Position numbers and translations under genes: made by a program. Under the pieces are notes generated by a model, which saw only the letters and a list, made by a program, of their open reading frames with translations, had not been told where the DNA came from and made no database searches. Source: Verrucomicrobiota bacterium (GTDB taxonomy: Bacteria; Verrucomicrobiota; Verrucomicrobiia; Limisphaerales; CANJXF01). Taken from it: DNA of 26,009 bases. Positions 18,507 to 26,009 of the stretch are shown here, piece after piece; within the stretch, counting starts at the first letter, position 1, and every line of letters begins with the position of its first letter. The DNA is taken from assembly GCA_038214755.1 (NCBI GenBank), contig JBBQRQ010000074.1:1-26009 (forward strand), given 5' to 3'.

Positions 18507-19856
18507 CTAAACCTTCTCCGGTTCGGGATGAATCCACGGTGCGCGATAGGCTCGCCGTAGCAAACGGTTTCCTTCTTCGTCGTTCACAATTTTTCCCTTT
18601 GCCGAATCCCATTCCAACCCGCGCTTAAGTTGCATCGACAGATTGGCGAGAATGCAGGCGGTAGTAGAGATGTGACCTTGCTCAATATCCGCAACGGGAC
18701 GACCGCGGGTTGCAATCGCGGAAAGAAAATTTTTCATGTGCCCGCGAATGGCGGGCGCGACATGTTTCTCCAAATCCTTCTCCGTCTTGTCCTCCGGATA
18801 TTGTTCCAACTCATAAGTCACATCGCGATGGATAGGTTGTCCTCCGCCCGAAGGTGTGTAGTCATAACCCATCAAGCCCGCCTTCAACGTTCCTTTGTCG
18901 CCATACATCGTCAGCGCCCAGGGATACTTCGGGTCGGGTGCGTCGCCCCAGGTTCGATGTTGCCAAATGATTTGTAATTCGCCGTAGTCAAACGTCGCGC
19001 TCTGTGTATCCGAGATGTTTGACTTGCTGTTTTTGTCCATCAGAATTCCGCCCGAAGAAGTGACGCGCTGCGGTGCGCCCAAATCGAGCATCCATCGAAC
19101 CGTGTCAAACATGTGAATGGCCATGTCGCCGATAATTCCATTTCCATATTCCATGAAGGCACGCCAACTGCGAGGGTGAACCAGTTTGTTGTAAGGCCGC
19201 ATTGGCGCGGGGCCAGTCCACATCTCGTAATCCAAATAATCCGGCGGCGCAGTGTCCGGCGGATTCTCGCGAGTCCGCATGTGGTAGTAACAACAAATTT
19301 CAACTAGGCCAATTTTCCCCAGCTTGCCTTCCTTGACGATGGTGTCGCGGGCTTCAATCAAATGAGGAGTGCTGCGTCGTTGCGTGCCGACCTGGACAAC
19401 GCGTTGGTGTTTCCGCGCGGCGGCGAGCATCGCTTGTCCTTCGACGATGTCCATGCTGATGGGTTTTTGCACATAGACATCCGCGCCGGCTTCAACTGCC
19501 GCAATCATCGGCAAGGCGTGCCAATGATCCGGTGTTGCGACGAGCACGATGTCGAGGTCCTTTTCCTTCAGCATCTGCCGATAGTCGCCGTAAGTGCGCG
19601 GTTTATTTTTTGAAACTTGCCGCGATGCCACCATCTCCGCCGCCTCAGCGAGCATTCGTTTATCGACATCGCACAGAGAAACCACTTCGACCGGGGCGAC
19701 CTGGATCAAGCGAAACAAATCACATTTGCCGTACCAGCCGCAGCCGATCAGGCCGACGCGCATTTTTTTCTGGTCGGCGAATTCCGCGGCGTAATTTCGG
19801 AACGGAGCGAGCGCTAATCCTGTTGCGCCAAGTTGAAGAAAAGTTCGACGATTCAT
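18507..19856 (-). CDS. Gfo/Idh/MocA family oxidoreductase, Tat-exported
   Basis: NRRTFL twin-arginine signal, RVGLIGCGWYG, ATPDHWH, DVYVQKP, VQVGTQRRS. Confidence 0.93.
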   Translation of the reverse strand: MNRRTFLQLGATGLALAPFRNYAAEFADQKKMRVGLIGCGWYGKCDLFRLIQVAPVEVVSLCDVDKRMLAEAAEMVASRQVSKNKPRTYGDYRQMLKEKDLDIVLVATPDHWHALPMIAAVEAGADVYVQKPISMDIVEGQAMLAAARKHQRVVQVGTQRRSTPHLIEARDTIVKEGKLGKIGLVEICCYYHMRTRENPPDTAPPDYLDYEMWTGPAPMRPYNKLVHPRSWRAFMEYGNGIIGDMAIHMFDTVRWMLDLGAPQRVTSSGGILMDKNSKSNISDTQSATFDYGELQIIWQHRTWGDAPDPKYPWALTMYGDKGTLKAGLMGYDYTPSGGGQPIHRDVTYELEQYPEDKTEKDLEKHVAPAIRGHMKNFLSAIATRGRPVADIEQGHISTTACILANLSMQLKRGLEWDSAKGKIVNDEEGNRLLRRAYRAPWIHPEPEKV

Positions 19857-19935
19857 GCGCTCGTTTTAGACTTCGAGAGGACGGAACGCAAGCGGGGATA
19901 AGTTGCGGGGGTGATTTAAGTGGCGATCAAAAACT

Positions 19936-20036
19936 AGAGCGCCCGAGGGCGAGCGCACTCCAAGACGCTTCGCGCCATTCAAGCACCATCGAAATCCGCG
20001 CGAGCGTCTTGGAGTGCGGCGGCCCTCCGCCGCTTT
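19936..20036. repeat. Intergenic REP/REPIN-like inverted doublet (TTGGAGTGCGGC family)
   Basis: gcactccaagacgct (19955-19969) is the exact reverse complement of agcgtcttggagtgc (20003-20017). The arms extend into hairpins (GGAGTGCGGCGGCCCTCCGCCGCTTT). Confidence 0.75.
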
Positions 20037-20153
20037 AACGGCGTCAGGGGTGACTGTCACTTTGAATCACACCTGAAGTTCCGGGTAAGGAAAATATGCG
20101 GTGAAAAATCTGAACAACGGTTCTCCCGAATTGCCCGACGAGACGCCTGAAGA

Positions 20154-20366
20154 CTAACCCAACCGCCAGACGATGCGCGCTTTGTTCAGATCGTAAGGGG
20201 ACATTTCCATTTTGACGCGGTCGCCGACGGTGAGACGCACGAAGCGTTTGCGCATTTTTCCTGAGATCGTGGCGAGCACCTGATGTTTGTTGTCGAGTTC
20301 CACTCGAAACATCGTGCCAGCCAGCACCGTAAAGATCCGGCCTTCTACTTCAATGTGTTCTTCCAT
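20154..20366 (-). CDS. infA: Translation initiation factor IF-1
   Basis: IEVEG...[10 protein letters not shown]...[35 protein letters not shown], the IF-1 signature. Confidence 0.95.
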   Translation of the reverse strand: MEEHIEVEGRIFTVLAGTMFRVELDNKHQVLATISGKMRKRFVRLTVGDRVKMEMSPYDLNKARIVWRLG

Positions 20367-20436
20367 GCGTTAAAACAAATCCAGACGGCAGTTGGGTCAA
20401 AAAAGTAACAGGCCGATCTGCCAGAGGAATGTTACC

Positions 20437-20472
20437 AAAAAAAGCGAGGCCAAGGTTTACCCAAGGCCTCGC
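20437..20472 (-). terminator. Rho-independent terminator after the RRM gene
   Basis: The minus strand reads GCGAGGCC-ttgggtaaacctt-GGCCTCGC-TTTTTTT, 20 nt after the stop codon. Confidence 0.85.
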
Positions 20473-20491
20473 GTGAATTCAAATCCAAAGA

Positions 20492-20830
20492 TTAATAGCG
20501 ACCACGTCCGCCGCCGCCCCCACCACCGCCGCCGCCGTATTCACGACGACCGCCGCCGCCGCCGCCGCCGGGAGCGCGTTCTTCGCGAGGTTTGGCAATG
20601 TTAACCGTCAGGGCGCGACCATCGAGGTCCGTGCCATTCAAAGCGTCGATCGCTTTTTGAGCTTCGTCCGCGCTGCTCATGGTGACGAAGGCGAATCCAC
20701 GAGGACGGCCGCTCATACGGTCCATCATCAGGTTGGTTTCGACGACCGTGCCGTGTGCGGCAAAGGTGTCTTGCAGTTGGTTTTCCGTGACATTGAAGGA
20801 AAGATTTCCAACAAATAATTTAGTACTCAT
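20492..20830 (-). CDS. RNA-binding protein (single RRM + Gly/Arg-rich tail)
   Basis: RNP2 KLFVGNL, RNP1 RGFAFVTM, and a C-terminal [16 protein letters not shown] tail. Confidence 0.95.
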   Translation of the reverse strand: MSTKLFVGNLSFNVTENQLQDTFAAHGTVVETNLMMDRMSGRPRGFAFVTMSSADEAQKAIDALNGTDLDGRALTVNIAKPREERAPGGGGGGGRREYGGGGGGGGGGRGRY

Positions 20831-21170
20831 GTGATGTTTAACTCTAACTAGACTAACCGTTCTTTCTCCAGACTGTTCCCGAGGATCGGGTCTAAAATCA
20901 TCACTGAACTAAGTTCACCTGAGGATTACCATGCCGTGAAAGTGACAAGCTATCTAAGGCGCTAAAGATGCAGTGTCTCAACCGAATAGCAATGGCTATT
21001 TTGAGAAATTTTTTTCGACTTTCAAATATGATGGAACGCAGACGAAGCGCTGGTTCGGAACCGGCTTGGCTCATTGACGCCTGAAAACTCAGTTGGTCAT
21101 CGCAGATCCCATGGAGTCGGCTGCTTTGGGCCGTTCCGTCTTTGCGTTAAAGTTTTCTGTAGGATTTCGG

Positions 21171-22643
21171 TTAGGCAAGCAGCTTCTGAATAATTTCCCC
21201 ATGCACATCAGTCAGGCGAAAATCGCGGCCTTGAAAACGGAAAGTTAGTTTCGTGTGCTCCAATCCGAGCAAGTGCAAAATCGTCGCGTGGATGTCGTGA
21301 ACGTGACAGCGATCTTCGACGGGGCTGAAACCGAGTTCGTCCGTTGCGCCGAGAACTTGCCCGGCCTTCACGCCGCCGCCAGCAAACCACATGGTAAACG
21401 AATCGATGTGATGATTGCGCCCGGTTTGTTCGCGCACTTCGCCCATCGGCGTGCGGCCAAATTCTCCACCCCAAATCACCAGCGTGTCTTCCAACATGCC
21501 CCGCTGTTTCAAATCTTTGATCAGCGCCGCGCACGGTTGATCGACTTCTTTCGTGATCTTTTCAAACGACTTTTCCAAATCCTCCCCGGGGCCGCCGTGG
21601 CTGTCCCAGTTGGTGTGATACAACTGCACGAAACGGGAGCCGCGTTCCACGAGTCGGCGCGCGAGCAAACAATTTCGCGCGAACGAGGGCTGGCCTTCCT
21701 TGACCCCATATAAATCTTTTGTCGCCTGTGTCTCTTGGGAAAGATCGATCAGTTCGGGCGCGCTGCTTTGCATTCGATACGCCATCTCGTAGGCGGAAAT
21801 GCGCGTGCGAATTTCTTCGTCGCCCGTTTCCACCAGCCGTTTCAAATTCAAATCGCGAATGGCGTCGATGGTTTGTCGCTGGCGATTCGCATCCACGCCT
21901 TGCGGGTTGGTGAGATTCAAAATTGGCTCACCTTGTCCACGCAACGGAACGCCTTGATACGTCGTCGGCAAGAATCCGCTCGCCCAATTCACCGCTCCGC
22001 CCCGAGGCCCGCGTGGCCCAGAGAGCAACACAATGAATCCCGGCAAATCTTTCGACTCGCTGCCGATGCCGTAGGTCGTCCACGCTCCCATGCTCGGCCG
22101 GCCAAATTGCGTCGAGCCGGTGTTCATAAAAAGTTTAGCCGGCGCGTGATTGAAAACATCGGTGGCGCAGGAATGCACGAGCGAGATGTCGTCCACGATC
22201 GTGGAAGTGTGTGGAAATAATTCTGAAACCCACGCGCCGCTTTGACCACGTCGCGCAAATTTCCGGCGCGAGCCTAAAAGTTTCGGCGGATTTTTCGCGA
22301 ACGTGTCCATGAACGCGAAACGTTTTCCTTTCAAATACGAATCGGGAATCGGTTTGCCGTTCAACTCGACCAGCTTCGGTTTGTAATCGAACAACTCCAA
22401 CTGGCTCGGCCCGCCCGCCATGAAGAGGTAAATAATATTTTTCGCTTTCGCCGGAAAATTCCCCGCTTTCGGATCGAGCGGATTGACGAGTTTCACCTGT
22501 TCGCCGCCGAAAACTTTTTGCTCATTGAGCAAAGACGCCAGCGCGATGGAGCCGATTCCCATCGCGCACTTGCCGAAAAATTGGCGGCGCGTGACTTCGC
22601 GAAGATCGCCGGCGCAATCAGGATTGTTAAAAAAGTGAGACAT
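21171..22643 (-). CDS. DUF1501 (sulfatase/alkaline-phosphatase-like) protein, Tat-exported
   Basis: TRRQFF, IIYLFMAGGPSQLELFDYKP, GRPSMGAW, CLLARRLVERG, WGGEFGRTP, RLTDVHG. ATG at 22643 is preferred over the TTG at 22658, which lies in a repeat. Confidence 0.92.
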   Translation of the reverse strand: MSHFFNNPDCAGDLREVTRRQFFGKCAMGIGSIALASLLNEQKVFGGEQVKLVNPLDPKAGNFPAKAKNIIYLFMAGGPSQLELFDYKPKLVELNGKPIPDSYLKGKRFAFMDTFAKNPPKLLGSRRKFARRGQSGAWVSELFPHTSTIVDDISLVHSCATDVFNHAPAKLFMNTGSTQFGRPSMGAWTTYGIGSESKDLPGFIVLLSGPRGPRGGAVNWASGFLPTTYQGVPLRGQGEPILNLTNPQGVDANRQRQTIDAIRDLNLKRLVETGDEEIRTRISAYEMAYRMQSSAPELIDLSQETQATKDLYGVKEGQPSFARNCLLARRLVERGSRFVQLYHTNWDSHGGPGEDLEKSFEKITKEVDQPCAALIKDLKQRGMLEDTLVIWGGEFGRTPMGEVREQTGRNHHIDSFTMWFAGGGVKAGQVLGATDELGFSPVEDRCHVHDIHATILHLLGLEHTKLTFRFQGRDFRLTDVHGEIIQKLLA

Positions 22644-22649
22644 ACTTCT

Positions 22650-22780
22650 AAACTCCAAAAACCAAACTCCAAGCTCCAGAAAAACACCCGGAAAAAAAAT
22701 GCGCTTTCCAAAGCACGATGAAACATTGGAGCTTTGGATTTGGAATTTCTCTGGAGCTTGGTGTTTGGTGTTTGGAGTTT
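22650..22780. repeat. Inverted element built from TTGGNNY-type heptamers
   Basis: 31-bp arms at 22650-22680 and 22750-22780 are complementary at 29/31 nt and made of 7-bp units (ttggagc, ttggtgt, ttggagt). More units occur at 22727-22747. Confidence 0.8.
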
Positions 22781-22787
22781 TTCATCA

Positions 22788-25331
22788 TCATTCCCGCGTA
22801 ATCGTTTCATCCAAATTCAACAAAACCCGCGAAACAGTCGTCCACGCCGCAAGTTGTTTCACGTCCGTGTTCGCAGGAATTGTTTTCGACAGCAACGATC
22901 TTGCGTCATCCGCGGATTGATAACTGAGCAATTGTTGGCTCAACAATTCTTTGACGCGCTGTTGCTCATCAGACTTCGGCGCGCGCGACAAACAAAGTTT
23001 AAAAGCGCGAACGATTCGTTCGTCCTCGCTTTGCGGAACTTCTTTTAAAAGGCGCAGCGCCAGACCTTGCGCAAATTCCACGAAGCCGACGTCGTTCAAC
23101 AACGTGAGCGACTGTAGCGGGGTGTTCGATCTCATGCGCCGCGTGCAGGCGCTGGTTGATTCCGGTTGGTCGAAAACCATCAATTCCGGCGGCGGCGTGG
23201 CGCGATAAAAAAACGTGTACATTCCCCGGCGATAACGATCCGCGCCCGGGCTGATTTTCCATTCGCGCACGGCTTGGCCCAAAGTCATCACGCCATCGGG
23301 AATCGGCGGATAAACACTTGGCCCGCCCACTTTTTCACTGAGCAAACCACTGGCGGAAAGTTCCACGTCGCGCACAATTTCCGCATCAAGCCGAAACCGA
23401 TTTTGTCGCGCGAGCAATTTGTTGTAGGGATCGATCAAGTCCAGATCGCGCCGCGCGCGCGAGCTTTGCCGATACGTCGCCGAAGTCACGATCAGCCGGT
23501 GCATTGCCTTTTGGCTCCACCTTTGTTTCACGAATTCGTTCGCGAGCCAATCGAGCAATTCGGGATGCGACGGCGCGGAGCCTTGCGTGCCAAAATCATT
23601 TTCCGTTTCGACAATTCCTTTCGCGAAATAGCGCATCCAAATCCGGTTCATCGTCACGCGAGCGGTCAAAGGATTTTTCGGATTCACCAGCCACTTGGCC
23701 AGATCGAGGCGATTGAGCGAATTAGAAATTCCAGAATGCGTTTCCAACGGTGGCAAAATTTTCGGGACGCCGGGCGACACTGGATCGCCGTGCCGGGTAA
23801 AATCGCCTTTGATGAAAAGGAATGTTTGCCGGGGCTCTTTGCGCTCCTCCAGAACCAGCGTGGTTTCGAACTCGGGCTTTTTCTTTTCCAGTTTGGTCAG
23901 CGCGGATTTTCTAGCTCTGTAAGCGGAATCGTCCTTTCGCACCTCGTCCAAAAGCAAAAGTTTTTGTTTGAGGGTGCGCTTTTCCAGAGCAGTTTCGAGG
24001 ACTGTCGTAATTTCCGGTTTCAGTTTTGAAACTTCTTCCGGGGACAACGATTTTTTCCAGGCCGCAACTTCGTTGGTCAGCGAGTCGGCGTACGATTTCA
24101 ATTCCAGTTCCGCTTTGGCAATTTCCCTCTTCAACAATTCCTGTTGGGCGAGTTGCGCGGGCGTGGCGACCTGCAAATCCGGTTCCTCCTGATTATTTAA
24201 AAACGCAAAAAATTGATAATATTCCTTCTGCAAAACCGGATCGAATTTGTGGTCGTGACACTGCGCGCAGCCCACCGTCAACCCCATCCAGGTCGTGGCT
24301 GTCGTGTTGACGCGGTCAATAATCGATTCGACCCGAAACTGTTCCTTGTCGATTCCGCCCTCCTGATTGATCTGGGTGTTGCGATGAAAACCGGTGGCAA
24401 TTTTCTGATTGAGCGTTGCGTTCGGCAACAAATCTCCCGCCAGTTGCTCAATCGAAAATTGGTCGAACGGCAGGTCGCGATTGAATGCGTCAATCACCCA
24501 ATCGCGATACTTCCAAATCTGACGCGGGTTATCGATGCTGTAGCCATTTGAATCCGCGTAGCGCGCGGCATCGAGCCAGTGGCGTCCCCACCGTTCGCCG
24601 TAATGTTGGGAGGCCAGCAAACGATCCACCAGCCGTTCGTAAGCATCAGGACTGTTGTCATTCACGAAGGATTCGACTTCAGAAATTTTCGGAGGCAAGC
24701 CGATCAAATCCAAACTCACCCGGCGAATCAGCGTGACGCGATCCGCTTCCGGCGATGGTTTGATTTTTTCTTTTTCGAGTCGCGCCAAAATAAAATTGTC
24801 GATGGGATTACGCGCCCAATTTTTTTGATTGTTCGGAGCGCCGATCTCCCGATCGGCATTCCCCGCAACCGACCTAGAGGTCGCCGCTCCGCCCTTAAAT
24901 TGCACTTGCGGAATCGGAACCACCGTCGGCGGCGCAATGAACGCCCAATGCAAAACCGATTCCGCTTTTTCATCTGCGGGTGACTTTGCCCCTTCATCGA
25001 TCCAGCGTTTGAGCAAGGCGATTTTGTCATCGTCCAGCGGAGTTTTTTTGAAAGGCATTCGCGGCAAATCTTTCGCCGTTCCCGAAACTGCTTGGATCAA
25101 AAGGCTCTCTTCACTTTTTCCCGGAATAATCACCACGCCTTTTTCACCACCCTTCAACGCATTAGCGCCCGTGTCCAAACGCAGCCCGCCTTTTTGCTGA
25201 GTCGCGCTGTGACATTGATAACAAACACCGGAAAGAATCGGCTTGATCTCCTTCGTGTAATCCACCGGCTCCGCCGCGAAAAGCGGGAGGGCGCCGGCGG
25301 ACAAAATAAAAAAAATCGCGCGTAAATTCAT
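22788..25331 (-). CDS. Planctomycete-type cytochrome c domain + DUF1549 + DUF1553 (PSD1) protein
   Basis: Signal peptide from ATG 25331 ([10 protein letters not shown]...LFA|A). CYQCH and [11 protein letters not shown] heme-type motifs, [48 protein letters not shown]. Lies directly upstream of DUF1501, as is usual. Confidence 0.92.
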   Translation of the reverse strand: MNLRAIFFILSAGALPLFAAEPVDYTKEIKPILSGVCYQCHSATQQKGGLRLDTGANALKGGEKGVVIIPGKSEESLLIQAVSGTAKDLPRMPFKKTPLDDDKIALLKRWIDEGAKSPADEKAESVLHWAFIAPPTVVPIPQVQFKGGAATSRSVAGNADREIGAPNNQKNWARNPIDNFILARLEKEKIKPSPEADRVTLIRRVSLDLIGLPPKISEVESFVNDNSPDAYERLVDRLLASQHYGERWGRHWLDAARYADSNGYSIDNPRQIWKYRDWVIDAFNRDLPFDQFSIEQLAGDLLPNATLNQKIATGFHRNTQINQEGGIDKEQFRVESIIDRVNTTATTWMGLTVGCAQCHDHKFDPVLQKEYYQFFAFLNNQEEPDLQVATPAQLAQQELLKREIAKAELELKSYADSLTNEVAAWKKSLSPEEVSKLKPEITTVLETALEKRTLKQKLLLLDEVRKDDSAYRARKSALTKLEKKKPEFETTLVLEERKEPRQTFLFIKGDFTRHGDPVSPGVPKILPPLETHSGISNSLNRLDLAKWLVNPKNPLTARVTMNRIWMRYFAKGIVETENDFGTQGSAPSHPELLDWLANEFVKQRWSQKAMHRLIVTSATYRQSSRARRDLDLIDPYNKLLARQNRFRLDAEIVRDVELSASGLLSEKVGGPSVYPPIPDGVMTLGQAVREWKISPGADRYRRGMYTFFYRATPPPELMVFDQPESTSACTRRMRSNTPLQSLTLLNDVGFVEFAQGLALRLLKEVPQSEDERIVRAFKLCLSRAPKSDEQQRVKELLSQQLLSYQSADDARSLLSKTIPANTDVKQLAAWTTVSRVLLNLDETITRE
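24834..24891. repeat. REP/REPIN-like inverted doublet inside the DUF1549/DUF1553 reading frame (GGAGCGCCGATCTCCNGATCGGC family)
   Basis: cggagcgccgatctcccgatcggc...accgacctagaggtcgccgctccg. Same family as the intergenic copy at 25429-25502. Encodes [19 protein letters not shown]. Confidence 0.8.
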
Positions 25332-25428
25332 GAAAAATTGCTGGATATATCTAATCTTTTTTTCCTTTTCTTCAAGGGCTTTCCCCATGTGGTTTACAAG
25401 CGGCACATCTCAGTTTCTTGCAAAATAA

Positions 25429-25502
25429 CGGAACGCCGATCTCCTGATCGGCTCGCGGAAAAGATAAAGTGCTCTAATGCCGATCAGGATATCGGCGCTC
25501 CG
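25429..25502. repeat. Intergenic REP/REPIN-like inverted doublet
   Basis: cggaacgccgatctcctgatcggc (25429-25452) ... gccgatcaggatatcggcgctccg (25479-25502), complementary at 22/24 nt. Confidence 0.85.
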
Positions 25503-25590
25503 TCGCCACCACTTTCCGAAGATTTGAAACTTGCATTTTAGCAAGATGCGCCCGTTTACAAGCGCAGGTCGGTTTCATAATTTCCGTCGT

Positions 25591-25770
25591 ATGGAAGTTT
25601 CGGAAAAAATCCAATGCCCTTTCTGCGGACAAAGTTTTGAGTTGGCCATCGACACCAGTGTTGAAACGCAACAGTTCACAACCGATTGCGAAGTTTGCTG
25701 CCGGCCTTTAGAAGTTTTCGCGGAGTGCGAGCCGGGCGAAATTCTATCGCTTAACGTGAATGGAAATTAG
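25591..25770 (+). CDS. CPxCG-motif cysteine-rich small zinc-finger protein
   Basis: MEVSEKIQCPFCGQSFELAIDTS...DCEVCCRPL. ATG at 25591 is preferred over the TTG start at 25531. Confidence 0.88.
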   Translation: MEVSEKIQCPFCGQSFELAIDTSVETQQFTTDCEVCCRPLEVFAECEPGEILSLNVNGN

Positions 25771-25780
25771 AAATGCGCTC

Positions 25781-25853
25781 GTAGCGGCCGAGGTAAGGAG
25801 CCGGGCGTTTTGACTTCTCCCGGGAAAATCCGCCTCCTCACGTCGGCGGCTAC
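25781..25853. repeat. Intergenic GTAG REP/REPIN-like inverted doublet
   Basis: gtagcggccgaggtaaggagccgg ... atccgcctcctcacgtcggcggctac, 10 nt after the CPxCG stop. Sister of the copy at 4050-4120. Confidence 0.85.
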
Positions 25854-26009
25854 CGTTTTGGTGGGCGCATCTTGAGGGCGTGTTGCCCAAATGAAAAAGA
25901 GCGCGGGCCTTGGCGTGCGCGGGGTTGAAAAAAGAAAAAAAACAAGATGCTTAGGGCCGAACGAACCAAACGCCCCAAGAAACAGCCCCCAACCACCAAG
26001 TTTTGGAAA

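Noticed and set aside
19532..20060. ORFs 19532-20038 (+) and 19866-20060 (-)
   Set aside because: They are antisense to the oxidoreductase and/or translations of the REP-like element (ASVLECGGPPPL).
20505..20572. GCC/CCG trinucleotide runs as a contingency or VNTR locus
   Set aside because: Explained by the poly-Gly tail typical of bacterial RRM proteins.
21035..21150. Possible structured RNA between DUF1501 and the RRM gene
   Set aside because: Only short imperfect complementarity (aacgcagacg / cgtctttgcgtt and one small hairpin), with no recognisable family.
22493..23048. ORFs with KLQTPNTKLQ / WSLEFGFWSL periodicity
   Set aside because: These are artefacts of translating the heptamer repeat, and they overlap real genes.
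23166..24029. 287-aa plus-strand ORF and other long antisense ORFs across the window
   Set aside because: They are shadows of well-supported genes on the opposite strand and have no recognisable motifs.
1..26009. CRISPR array, tRNA/rRNA, transposase or integrase genes
   Set aside because: No regularly spaced direct repeats, RNA gene signatures or recombinase/transposase ORFs were seen.

Overview
Bacterial DNA, most likely Verrucomicrobiota/PVC superphylum (inferred from the PSCyt/DUF1549/DUF1553 + DUF1501 pair, a Gly-rich RRM protein and Thr/Asn-rich secreted proteins). Left: a complete 2950-aa cyclic beta-1,2-glucan synthase (ndvB/cgs). Middle (9285-18442): a polymorphic toxin locus. It comprises a divergent small XRE regulator, a secreted LamG/Ca-binding-repeat protein ending in a YD-like hairpin, a 2001-aa signal-peptide RHS protein with a degenerate transglutaminase-like N-terminus and an unassigned C-terminal toxin, its coupled immunity gene, and a decaying orphan toxin/immunity module (one nonsense mutation, one frameshift). 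Right: Tat oxidoreductase, infA, RRM protein, DUF1501, PSCyt1-DUF1549-DUF1553 and a CPxCG protein. At least five families of GTAG/GGAG REP-like palindromes are scattered through the window. Three copies lie inside intact reading frames, and two of these have an intergenic sister copy in the same window. All family assignments come from motif recognition, not from database searches.
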